This document shows, one piece after another, positions 45,971 through 55,179 of a stretch of 64,000 nucleotides of DNA (within the stretch, counting starts at the first letter, position 1; the number at the start of each line of letters is the position of its first letter). The notes under the pieces were generated by a model, which was given only the letters and a program-made list of their open reading frames with translations, had not been told where the DNA came from and searched no databases. Source of the stretch: an uncultured Gammaproteobacteria bacterium (GTDB lineage Bacteria; Pseudomonadota; Gammaproteobacteria; SZUA-229). The translations under genes were made by a program, and so were the position numbers. The stretch spans positions 25,659 to 89,658 of the forward strand of contig CBFCZV010000002.1 of assembly GCA_965602855.1 (NCBI GenBank), given 5' to 3'.

Positions 45971-46903
45971 GTGCCATCCATCTCATCACTAATAGATTTC
46001 AAATCAAATAATCTCAATGGTGTCGAACAATGCCGCCGACTCTTCCATGGTCGTGGCCATGCCTACAAAGGCCTCGAACACATTAGCATCGACTGGCTAC
46101 CACCCGTTGCATTAATCACTCTCTACAAAGAAGAAGATAAAAGCAATTTAGAATCAATTGCTGAATTATTAAAATCAAAACTACCCGATTGCCGTTCTGT
46201 GCAAGTTCAATACCGTTGCCGCCATATGTCACCTTTTGAAATATTATGGGGTGATGAAATCACTGAACTGGTGGTAGAAGAATCGGGTTTAAAATACCAG
46301 CTCCGTTTGGGTGCGACACAAAATACCGGTTTTTTTCTTGATATGGTCAACGGACATGACTGGGTGCGGCAACATGCGCAGGGTAAACGTGTGCTTAATT
46401 TGTTTGCTTACACCTGTGCTTTTTCTGTGGGGGCGCTAGCGGGCGGCGCTGAGCATGTGTTGAATATTGATATTAGCAAAGCGGCGCTGAGTCGGGGGCG
46501 GGATAATCATCGGCTCAATGTGCAGGATACTAAGCGGGTGGCTTTTGAAGGTGTCGATATTTTTAAATCATTCTCACGGATAAAAAAACGTGGACCTTAT
46601 GATTTGTTGATTTGTGATCCACCTAGTTTGCAAAAAGGTAGTGTTGATATTGAGCGCGATTACAAAAAGATTATTCGCCGTATTCCTGAGTTTATGAATT
46701 CTGGTAGTCTATTAATGCTTTGTCTCAATTCGCCAGATCTGAGCGAAAGCTTTCTTTTTGATACAGTTGCCGATGAATGCCCTGATTGTGTTTTTAAAGA
46801 AAGGATCGCTGCGCCTGATGTGTTTCGAGAAGCGGTTCCTGGTAAGGGTTTGAAAGTGCTCGTGTTTGAATATTTCTTAAAGAGTGATAAAAACAATGCT
46901 TGA
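45971..46903 (+). CDS. class I SAM-dependent methyltransferase (RlmI/YccW-like, lacking a PUA domain)
   Basis: 310 aa; conserved N-terminal FHGRGH-like motif; LICDPPS methyltransferase motif IV. Confidence 0.65.
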   Translation: MPSISSLIDFKSNNLNGVEQCRRLFHGRGHAYKGLEHISIDWLPPVALITLYKEEDKSNLESIAELLKSKLPDCRSVQVQYRCRHMSPFEILWGDEITELVVEESGLKYQLRLGATQNTGFFLDMVNGHDWVRQHAQGKRVLNLFAYTCAFSVGALAGGAEHVLNIDISKAALSRGRDNHRLNVQDTKRVAFEGVDIFKSFSRIKKRGPYDLLICDPPSLQKGSVDIERDYKKIIRRIPEFMNSGSLLMLCLNSPDLSESFLFDTVADECPDCVFKERIAAPDVFREAVPGKGLKVLVFEYFLKSDKNNA

Positions 46904-47318
46904 ATATGTCCTGTTCCATGAAGAGTTATTTAAGTCTTTCGTTGACTGGTTGAAATCGAAAGGTGTTTCAACTGAGACAAGGTCAGATAATGAAGATGAA
47001 TCTTATGTAATAAAAATCCCTGAAGATCTGGATGATGATTTGCTAGATGAGATAGATGAAAAATATGATGCTTTGATGGATATGAATCAACAAATGGTTA
47101 ACGATGAGGAAAAGGAAAGCCAGCAGGGCCACCACATGGCTGGGATTGTTGTGGCATTGAAAGATGGTTCGATTTCCTATGCCGATGTTGATCCGGATTT
47201 ATTGGGGCGAGTTATGAGTGCGATTTCACCAGAAGAGCTTGGAGAGATTGTTGCTGCGATTGCTGATGCAGTGGAAAACCCTAAAGATAAAGCTTATTGT
47301 CAGCGAGTAAGAGAATAG
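46884..47318 (+). CDS. acidic hypothetical protein
   Basis: 144 aa, D/E-rich; 20-nt overlap with the upstream methyltransferase. Confidence 0.45.
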   Translation: MIKTMLEYVLFHEELFKSFVDWLKSKGVSTETRSDNEDESYVIKIPEDLDDDLLDEIDEKYDALMDMNQQMVNDEEKESQQGHHMAGIVVALKDGSISYADVDPDLLGRVMSAISPEELGEIVAAIADAVENPKDKAYCQRVRE

Positions 47319-47357
47319 GTGATAACCAAGTTGTAAGGATAAGAATATGGATAGCCA

Positions 47358-47693
47358 ATGAATAAAGAGGATATTAAAAAAATAAAAGAAAACCTTCTTC
47401 GCTTAAGGGCAGAGTTGCAGGAAATAGAAGAAACACTTCAGGAAACCAGCGAACCCGTTGAGCTGGATCAGACCAGAGTCGGCAGGCTTTCCCGCATGGA
47501 TGCTATGCAATCACAGCAAATGGCACTGGAAACGGTCAGGCGACGTAAAGAAAACCTAGTAAAGATTGAAGGCGCATTACATCGTATAGAATCAGATGAT
47601 TATGGCTGTTGTTTTGTATGCGGTGAAGAGATCGATGTTCATCGTCTTATGGCGGATCCAACCAGTACGCGTTGTATGGAATGCGTAGAGTAA
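47358..47693 (+). CDS. DksA/TraR-family C4 zinc-finger protein
   Basis: 111 aa; coiled-coil N-terminus; CCFVCG...CMEC zinc finger. Confidence 0.75.
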   Translation: MNKEDIKKIKENLLRLRAELQEIEETLQETSEPVELDQTRVGRLSRMDAMQSQQMALETVRRRKENLVKIEGALHRIESDDYGCCFVCGEEIDVHRLMADPTSTRCMECVE

Positions 47694-47760
47694 TGAATTC
47701 AGTGGCTAGAAAATCGGCGCGATAGTCCTATCTTTAGAGCCAAATGTGATTACCTATTGA

Positions 47761-48555
47761 TCAGGGTTCAGTGGTTTTATTTGTATTTGCCAATGCAATA
47801 CTTTTCCTGTCCAGTGCCAGTGTTATTGATGCGTTTACCGACATCTCTCTTATCAGAAGAAGAAACGTACATAACCAGCTAACCCCGCCTAGAACAACCA
47901 TTAAATCATGATATGGTTTGAGGTTGCCAATAAATGGCAGAGCTGGAAGATCAACTGTTTTGGTATAGCTTATGTATTCGGTAAACCCAAACGACTGGAT
48001 CAGGTACGGCAACCAGAATGCGAGTATCGATACAAAGACCATGACGCCTAGTAATCTTATGATTAGTGTCGCTGGATAATGGTGTGCAGGAAGCAGTGCA
48101 TTTTTCAGGCCTGAAAAAAGTGCTGTAAATATATTAATGAAAGGCAGAATAAGAAAAGCAGCTAGCAGTGCCAATATGGGATAGCCAATTACAATTGCTC
48201 CAATTCTGTCCTTCATGCCCCTTATTTTGTCTTTGTAATTAATTTTCCAGTAATACTCTGTTGAGGGGTTGATTACACGCATGAGCTGATTGGTTTTGCG
48301 ACTGTATATCAGTGCAATGCTGTGTCCCTGTCGAAACTCAACATTACGATTATATAGTCGAACAGAATCTTCTTTTCCGCTATCAGTTTTGTACCAGATT
48401 ACCTGATCCTGATGGTGGTCTACTCTGGATTGCACGTGATAATTATTATCAGTCGATACGCTAGTGCTCGAGTAATTGCTTTCCTTTTCATCTATCACCG
48501 TGCCTGTAATGACATAGGAATATTCATCAACAACTTTATTGATATTGAATAGCAT
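47761..48555 (-). CDS. hypothetical membrane protein (AT-rich orphan)
   Basis: 264 aa; soluble N-terminal domain plus about four TM helices; a markedly AT-rich gene with AT-rich flanks. Confidence 0.45.
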   Translation of the reverse strand: MLFNINKVVDEYSYVITGTVIDEKESNYSSTSVSTDNNYHVQSRVDHHQDQVIWYKTDSGKEDSVRLYNRNVEFRQGHSIALIYSRKTNQLMRVINPSTEYYWKINYKDKIRGMKDRIGAIVIGYPILALLAAFLILPFINIFTALFSGLKNALLPAHHYPATLIIRLLGVMVFVSILAFWLPYLIQSFGFTEYISYTKTVDLPALPFIGNLKPYHDLMVVLGGVSWLCTFLLLIREMSVNASITLALDRKSIALANTNKTTEP

Positions 48556-48786
48556 TTATTTTATACCTCAACAAAGATTATTATTTTTATAGTGTTTAAG
48601 ACGCTATGTTCGTTTTATGCCAAATAACAGCAATTCTTAATTGCCAGAGCGTAATATGTACAGGTAAAACAAAGTGACATTCTATAAATAACTTTTGAAT
48701 AAATATTGATTCGTGTCATAGATTGTAGTTTTTATGAGCTGTATATGAGTTTTACTGGGTGATCATTTATAGATTACACTAGTGAC

Positions 48787-50232
48787 ATGGGCGAAGAAAT
48801 ACAATATAGCCATTTTAAGAAATCAGATTACCAGCAATTTGTTTCTCGACTTAAAGATGAAACGGCGTTGGTAAGGGACTGGTTCGATAGTGGTCATTTT
48901 TCATCAGCGCCATTGATGGCGGGCTATGAGCTGGAAGCCTGGTTGATTGATAATGAAGGCTCTCCTGCCCCGATTAACAAGGAGTTTCTTGATCTTGCTA
49001 ATAACGCCATGCTCAGTCCTGAGCTGGCCAGATTTAATATCGAACTGAACGTAGAGCCAGAAGTGTTGAGTGGCAGTGTACTGTCCAGTTTTGAGAATAA
49101 GCTGAATACGCTCTGGCAACAGTGTGTGCAAACTGCGCAGTCGCTGGATAGTCAGTTCGTGGGTATTGGTATTCTGCCGACCCTGATGGATGATGACCTT
49201 ATTCTGGAAAATATTTCTTTGCTTGATCGTTATAAGGCGCTCAATGAGCAGGTACTGCGATTGCGTAAGGGTCTGGGTATTAAACTTGATATTAATGGCA
49301 CTGAGCACTTACAGGTCATGCATAAGGATGTGATGCTGGAAGCTGCCGCGACATCGTTGCAGATTCACATACAGGTGCCATTAGGGCAGGCGGTACGTTA
49401 TTACAATGCGTCGATATTGCTGTCGGCACCGATGGTGGCAGTGAGCACCAATTCACCCTGTCTGTTTGGAAAAAAACTGTGGCAGGAAACGCGTATTCCA
49501 GTTTTTGAACAGGCTGTGCCAGCGGGTGGTTATGGTGGTGCGATTAGTGGGCCGGTGCAGCGAGTTGGTTTTGGAACGGGCTATGCGCGTGAGTCTCTGT
49601 CTGAATGCTTTCAGGAAAACCTCGAGCATTTCCCCGTATTGTTGCCCGTGCATTATGAGTCGGATATTGCCGAGTTAAAACATCTGCGTTTACAGAATGG
49701 TACGATCTGGCGATGGAACCGGCCTTTGATTGGTTTTGATGATGATGGAACACCGCATCTGCGTATCGAGCACCGTGTTTGTGCCACTAATCCTTCGATG
49801 CTAGACAACATCGCCAATACGGCTTTCTTCTATGGTCTGGTGCATTACTATGCGAGTGCGGACGTGCCGCCTGAAAACGTCATGCCGTTTACCGATGCCA
49901 GGGATAATTTTTATCGTGCTGCACAGCTTGGTATGAAGCATAAAATTAGCTGGATGGGTGAGCACACAGATTCGCTGCAGAATATTGTTTTAAACAGGTT
50001 GCTCAATGAAGCTGAAACGGGCTTGTATAAACTGGGTATTGAACAATCTGATGTGCAGCGTTATTTGTCAGTTATCCAACAACGTGTCGAGCAGAATAAA
50101 ACAGGGAGTCAGTGGCAACTCGATTTTCTTAATGCACATCAGGATGACAGGAAACTATTGACGTTAAACTATTTGAAGAATCAGGCTTCTGGTCAGCCTG
50201 TGCACGAGTGGGATCTTGAGACGATATGTTAA
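48787..50232 (+). CDS. glutamate-cysteine ligase family 2 (YbdK-like carboxylate-amine ligase), long form
   Basis: 481 aa; GYELEAWLID and RIEHRVCATNPS segments align with the GCS2 conserved blocks. Confidence 0.6.
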   Translation: MGEEIQYSHFKKSDYQQFVSRLKDETALVRDWFDSGHFSSAPLMAGYELEAWLIDNEGSPAPINKEFLDLANNAMLSPELARFNIELNVEPEVLSGSVLSSFENKLNTLWQQCVQTAQSLDSQFVGIGILPTLMDDDLILENISLLDRYKALNEQVLRLRKGLGIKLDINGTEHLQVMHKDVMLEAAATSLQIHIQVPLGQAVRYYNASILLSAPMVAVSTNSPCLFGKKLWQETRIPVFEQAVPAGGYGGAISGPVQRVGFGTGYARESLSECFQENLEHFPVLLPVHYESDIAELKHLRLQNGTIWRWNRPLIGFDDDGTPHLRIEHRVCATNPSMLDNIANTAFFYGLVHYYASADVPPENVMPFTDARDNFYRAAQLGMKHKISWMGEHTDSLQNIVLNRLLNEAETGLYKLGIEQSDVQRYLSVIQQRVEQNKTGSQWQLDFLNAHQDDRKLLTLNYLKNQASGQPVHEWDLETIC

Positions 50233-51233
50233 ATGAGATTAATTTTGTACCTGAAGGTTTTTTAACGGCAACGGTCGAAGAGCTTGAGGATTTATTAAAA
50301 ACGCCAACCTTGATTCATTTGTCGGGTGTTAATCCGCAGCCATTATTTGTTTCAACATTATTGCATGGTAATGAAACCACGGGTTTTTATGCCATTCAGC
50401 GATTGCTGAAAAAACACACCGAGCAGCCTCTGCCAAGAGCAGTATCTATATTCATCGGCAATATCGCAGCAGCAAAAGAAAATCAGCGTCATTTGGATGA
50501 TCAGGATGATTACAATCGTATCTGGCCGGGCAGTCACCACGGTGATTCGTCAGAAAAAGATATGATGCAGTCGGTGACTTATATCATGCGTAAAAAAAAG
50601 CCGTTTGCCAGTATTGATATACACAACAACACGGGCAAGAATCCACATTATGCCTGCATTAATATACTTAACCCACACGGCCTGGTGCTGGCTTCAAAGT
50701 TCAGTGATATAGCGGTTTACTTCACTAGCCCCAAAGGCGTGCAATCGTCGGCATTTTCAGATTTTTGCCCATCAGCGGTACTCGAATGTGGTCAGTCCAG
50801 TGACAGCTCAGGTGTTGATCATGCGCTGGCCTATCTCGAAACTGTTCTTGCTATGGATGACTTGTCGTCACATAACAGCAAAAGCCTGAAGCTATACCAC
50901 ACCGTGGCGCGCGTCACGATTCCAAAAACAGTCACAATGGGTGAGGACATTGGTAGTGGCTGCCATGATATATGTTTAAGTGAGCAACTGGATGATAGGA
51001 ATTTTCATCATATTCAGGCAGGCACTGAATTTGCGACAGCGAATCAGGAAAAAGAAAAACTGGTTATTGTTAGCAGTGAGAGTGATGAGGATGTAACGGA
51101 TGAATATATTGAAATGAAAAATAACCGACTGTTGTTTAAAAAACCGATTACCTTATCAATGTTCACCAGATGTGAAAAAGCAATCAGGCAGGATTGTGTT
51201 TGCTATTTTATGGAAGAGTTACATATTGGTTAA
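50226..51233 (+). CDS. succinylglutamate desuccinylase/aspartoacylase (AstE/AspA) family zinc deacylase
   Basis: 335 aa; LLHGNETTG zinc-binding motif; 7-nt overlap with the upstream ligase. Confidence 0.6.
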   Translation: MLNEINFVPEGFLTATVEELEDLLKTPTLIHLSGVNPQPLFVSTLLHGNETTGFYAIQRLLKKHTEQPLPRAVSIFIGNIAAAKENQRHLDDQDDYNRIWPGSHHGDSSEKDMMQSVTYIMRKKKPFASIDIHNNTGKNPHYACINILNPHGLVLASKFSDIAVYFTSPKGVQSSAFSDFCPSAVLECGQSSDSSGVDHALAYLETVLAMDDLSSHNSKSLKLYHTVARVTIPKTVTMGEDIGSGCHDICLSEQLDDRNFHHIQAGTEFATANQEKEKLVIVSSESDEDVTDEYIEMKNNRLLFKKPITLSMFTRCEKAIRQDCVCYFMEELHIG

Positions 51234-51365
51234 TGGTCTATAGTCAGCTCATAGCGTGACAGATAATTTCTTGTGTTACAGTAGGTTTACCTGATACGGA
51301 TCAATATGGTTTTCGTATGTTTGGGTAAATATGGCGTTGAACAATGTAGAGAGGAGATTTGTTAG

Positions 51366-53117
51366 TTGGCTACAGAAATCCGTTTCGGAAAATACCTCAA
51401 AGAAGCTGCCGCTCATCACGACACTGTCTCTTATAATGATCTGATTCCAAAAGTCGAGCTGGATGAAGAAGGGCGTGAGAAGGCCGCCGAAGTCACCGAT
51501 ATCAAACTTCGTACTATCGATGTCTATCGTCTGTTGCAACCCTATGTCACCAGCAGAACCATGGAGCAGGTTAAGGCCGTAGTGCCGCTGGCGCTGTATC
51601 TTATGTTGTTCCAGATGATTATTCTGCGTCAGGGTGTCAATGATGTGATGATTATCACTGGCGGTCTTTTTGCCGTCATCATCGGCCTGATGTTTTTCAT
51701 GGAAGGTTTGAAAGTGGGTCTGATGCCCTTTGGTTCCTCGCTCGGTACTACGCTGCCAGCAAAATCCTCCCTGCCAGTCGTGCTCACCATTGCTTTTATA
51801 CTGGGTATTGGTGTGACCTTTGCCGAACCTGCGATAGGTGCGCTGAAAGCAGCGGGGCAGGTGGTGAAAGTCGAAACCGCCCCTTATTTATATACCTTGC
51901 TCAATGACTGGTCAGAACAATTAGTGCTGGTGGTTGGCATGGGTGTTGGGCTTGCGGTTGTTTTAGGTACGGTGCGCCTGTTATATGGCTGGAGTCTGAA
52001 GCCATTTATCTATGCCATCTTATCGCCCACGATATTGCTGACGATTTATATTCAGCAGAATGATGAATTATCTAAAATGCTGGGGCTGGCCTGGGATTGT
52101 GGTGCCGTCACCACCGGTCCAGTGACTGTGCCACTGGTGCTGGCGCTAGGTATCGGTATCGCATCGGCAGCGGGTAAGGGTAGTTCCTCCTTATCAGGTT
52201 TTGGTATCGTCACCATGGCTTCCTTATTCCCCATTATGGGCGTCGAGCTATTAGCCATTTATGTGTTCCATGCCACCACACCGGAAGCCATTATTGCTGC
52301 AGCCAGTGTTAGTAGTGAAGAGATTGCAGCCTGGTACACCATGACACCGTATGCCGAAGTCATTGGTGGCATACGTGCAATTGTGCCGCTGGTTATTTTT
52401 CTGGTTATCGTGATGAAAGTGGTATTGCGGGAAAAAATTCGTAACTCCGGCATTATTACCTATGGCATTGCACTGGCGGTGATTGGCATGATTATTTTTA
52501 GTTTAGGTTTAACTTACGGCCTGGCTAAACTGGGTGGTCAATCCGGTGGTTTTATCCCTGCGGCCTTTTCTCAGGTAAGCAGTGTTGAAGGTTCGCCTCT
52601 GTATTTCTATTCGCTGGGGATTTTAATCGCATTATTTTTTGCGTGGGCACTGGGCTTTGGTGCAACTCTGGCAGAACCGGCTTTGAATGCGCTGGGTATC
52701 ACCGTTGAACAACTTACCAATGGTGCCTTTAAGAAATCGACTCTGATGTATGCGGTTTCATTTGGTGTTGGTTTTGGCATCGCGATAGGCGTGGCGAAAA
52801 TAGTTTTCGATATACAAATCGCCTACCTGTTAATCGCTTTTTATGCGGTCGCCATAGTATTAACCTATTTATCATCTGAGGAATTTGTCAATATCGCATG
52901 GGATAGCGCTGGCGTCACCACCGGTCCGGTAACCGTGCCACTGGTATTAGCCATGGGCTTAGGTTTTGCCAATAGTGCCAATGCCATCGAAGGTTTTGGT
53001 ATTTTATCCATGGCATCCATCGGCCCCATTATTGCGGTGCAGGCGACAGGTCTATGGATCAATATGAAAGTTAATCTTAAACGTAAAAAATTACAGCCAG
53101 TTGCAGCGGAGATATAA
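51366..53117 (+). CDS. DUF1538-type polytopic membrane protein with internal duplication
   Basis: 583 aa; the two halves share AWDxxxVTTGPVTVPLVLAxGxG; TTG start with GAGGAG SD. Confidence 0.65.
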   Translation: MATEIRFGKYLKEAAAHHDTVSYNDLIPKVELDEEGREKAAEVTDIKLRTIDVYRLLQPYVTSRTMEQVKAVVPLALYLMLFQMIILRQGVNDVMIITGGLFAVIIGLMFFMEGLKVGLMPFGSSLGTTLPAKSSLPVVLTIAFILGIGVTFAEPAIGALKAAGQVVKVETAPYLYTLLNDWSEQLVLVVGMGVGLAVVLGTVRLLYGWSLKPFIYAILSPTILLTIYIQQNDELSKMLGLAWDCGAVTTGPVTVPLVLALGIGIASAAGKGSSSLSGFGIVTMASLFPIMGVELLAIYVFHATTPEAIIAAASVSSEEIAAWYTMTPYAEVIGGIRAIVPLVIFLVIVMKVVLREKIRNSGIITYGIALAVIGMIIFSLGLTYGLAKLGGQSGGFIPAAFSQVSSVEGSPLYFYSLGILIALFFAWALGFGATLAEPALNALGITVEQLTNGAFKKSTLMYAVSFGVGFGIAIGVAKIVFDIQIAYLLIAFYAVAIVLTYLSSEEFVNIAWDSAGVTTGPVTVPLVLAMGLGFANSANAIEGFGILSMASIGPIIAVQATGLWINMKVNLKRKKLQPVAAEI

Positions 53118-53119
53118 AA

Positions 53120-53482
53120 ATGCCACAAAGAGAAATGGTTATTCTGACTGATGCTTCATTGATTACCTGCGTGGTGCAGAAAGGCCTGGCAGATGAAGTA
53201 GTAAAAGCCGCACAGGAAGGTGGTGCACAGGGTGCGACTATCTATTACGGCCGTGGTACCGGCGTACGTGAACGTCTGGGCATTCTTGGTTTAACCATCG
53301 AAGCCGAAAAAGAAGTTATCACTATTATGGTCGCCAATGACCAGATGGATCGTATCTTTGAAAAAATGTATATGGCTGGACAAATGGATACTCCAGGCAA
53401 GGGATTTATGTATGTTGCTCAGCTGGAAAAAGCAGCGACCTATGTGCCCGAAGAAATGCTTGAGAAACTGGTGAGCGAATGA
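53120..53482 (+). CDS. PII-like signal transduction protein
   Basis: 120 aa; GATIYYGRGTG loop region reminiscent of GlnB-family T-loop proteins; abuts the upstream stop. Confidence 0.55.
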   Translation: MPQREMVILTDASLITCVVQKGLADEVVKAAQEGGAQGATIYYGRGTGVRERLGILGLTIEAEKEVITIMVANDQMDRIFEKMYMAGQMDTPGKGFMYVAQLEKAATYVPEEMLEKLVSE

Positions 53483-53820
53483 CCGCCCTTAAAACAACAA
53501 AATTAATTACTGCAATACTGCCAAAAGGCACGTCACTAGATGTGGTCGATAAACTAAAGCATGAAAAATCATTGACCACGGCTAACTTTAACTATGCACG
53601 TGGCATGGGCAAATTAACGCCCGCAAAATATCGTGGTGTTGGTGAGCAAAGTGAAAAAGAAGTTTTTACAGTCGTTGTTGATGAATCACGCGCCGATGAG
53701 ATTTTTGAATATATCTATAATCTTGCTGAGATAAATCGCCCACACGGCGGTTTGATTTATATGCAGAAGTTAATGCAGAGTACAGATTTTGTTTTGCCGG
53801 ATGTGACTGAGGAACATTAA
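53479..53820 (+). CDS. PII-like signal transduction protein (second paralog)
   Basis: 113 aa; ATGA overlap with the upstream gene. Confidence 0.5.
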   Translation: MTALKTTKLITAILPKGTSLDVVDKLKHEKSLTTANFNYARGMGKLTPAKYRGVGEQSEKEVFTVVVDESRADEIFEYIYNLAEINRPHGGLIYMQKLMQSTDFVLPDVTEEH

Positions 53821-53848
53821 TTGTCATTTTATTTTTTAGAGATTAGTT

Positions 53849-54046
53849 ATGGACAAAAAAGATCCTAAAAAGAATTTTATCAATTCATACATAGAACGTG
53901 TGCTTGCAATTAAGGCATTGCGAAAAATTAGAGGTACACTGGATGAATTTGAGCAAGAAGATTTAAAGCATAAAAAGGTCGCAAAGAATGCTTTAATGTT
54001 TATTGTTGTGATTTTAGTGCTGTACTATTTTTATGTGCGCTTCTGA
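53849..54046 (+). CDS. small hypothetical membrane protein
   Basis: 65 aa; C-terminal TM segment. Confidence 0.3.
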   Translation: MDKKDPKKNFINSYIERVLAIKALRKIRGTLDEFEQEDLKHKKVAKNALMFIVVILVLYYFYVRF

Positions 54047-54074
54047 TTGATGCCCACTCAAGGGATTGGAAGAG

Positions 54075-55067
54075 TTAATCCCAAACAAGTGGAGGCTCAT
54101 TCAACAAAGCCGCCTGTTCCCTCAAAGCCAAAACATGATCTTCCCAATAGCGCGTGGTATCAAACCACGGAAACGCTCTCGGAAATGCGGGGTCATGCCA
54201 GCGTGAGGCTATCCACGATGTGTAATGAATAATGCGTAGAGTTCTCAGGGCTTCCGCCAGATGTAATTCGCTGGGATTAAAATCATAAAACTGCGTATAA
54301 CCTTCGAGCAGGTCGGCGAGTCTTTCGGTCATGTAGGCTCTATCACCAGAAAGAAACATCCATAAATCCTGAATTGCGGGGCCGGTTCGTGCATCATCAA
54401 AATCGACGATGTGCGGGCCGTCGTCGGTCCATAAAATATTGCTGGGGTGGCAGTCGCCGTGCAGGCGAATGATTTTTACATCACCGGCTCGTTCAAAACT
54501 GCGTTCGATCTGACGGATGAGGTCGGTGGTGACTGAAGTGTAGGCTTCGAGTAGATATTCGGGGATGAAATTGTTGTCCAATAAAAAAGCGCGTGGTTTA
54601 ATTGCCAGAGTTTCGATATTTAGCGTGGTTCTATGTTCGAATTTTTTGGTGGCACCGAGGGCGTGAATGCGACCGATAAAACGCCCGAGCTGTTCGAGAT
54701 GTTCGGGATTATCGAGTTCGGGTGAGCGACCACCGCGGCGGGGGTAAAGCGCAAAGCTGTGATGGCCGTGCTTGAGCAGGGTTTTTCCCTGAGCGTTGAC
54801 GATGGGTGCAATCACCGGAATTTCCTGCTCGGCTAAATCTAGGGTGAACTGGTGCTCTTCTATAATGGCTTCATCGCTCCAGCGGTGCGGGCGGTAAAAC
54901 TTGGCGACCAATGGTTTGTCATCCTCAACGCCAATTTGATAAACACGATTTTCATAACTGTTCAACGCCAGAAAACGACCGTCACATTGAATGCCGGTGG
55001 CTTCGATAGCATCGAGAATGTGGTCGGGTGTCAGGTCGGCAAAGGCCTGGCTTAGAGAATCGGTCAT
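54075..55067 (-). CDS. srkA: stress response serine/threonine kinase (YihE/SrkA)
   Basis: Homology starts at MTDSLSQAFADLTPDHILDAIE (ATG 55065-55067); HGDCHPSN catalytic loop. Confidence 0.85.
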   Translation of the reverse strand: MTDSLSQAFADLTPDHILDAIEATGIQCDGRFLALNSYENRVYQIGVEDDKPLVAKFYRPHRWSDEAIIEEHQFTLDLAEQEIPVIAPIVNAQGKTLLKHGHHSFALYPRRGGRSPELDNPEHLEQLGRFIGRIHALGATKKFEHRTTLNIETLAIKPRAFLLDNNFIPEYLLEAYTSVTTDLIRQIERSFERAGDVKIIRLHGDCHPSNILWTDDGPHIVDFDDARTGPAIQDLWMFLSGDRAYMTERLADLLEGYTQFYDFNPSELHLAEALRTLRIIHYTSWIASRWHDPAFPRAFPWFDTTRYWEDHVLALREQAALLNEPPLVWD

Positions 55068-55179
55068 AATTATTGAGATTGTGTCAAAGGATAGTCGAAT
55101 ACTATAACAGGGCAGTTCACAGTTGTGCTTCAAAATATGAGATAATGGCCGGCTCTCAGAATATCACCGGTACAGACAC

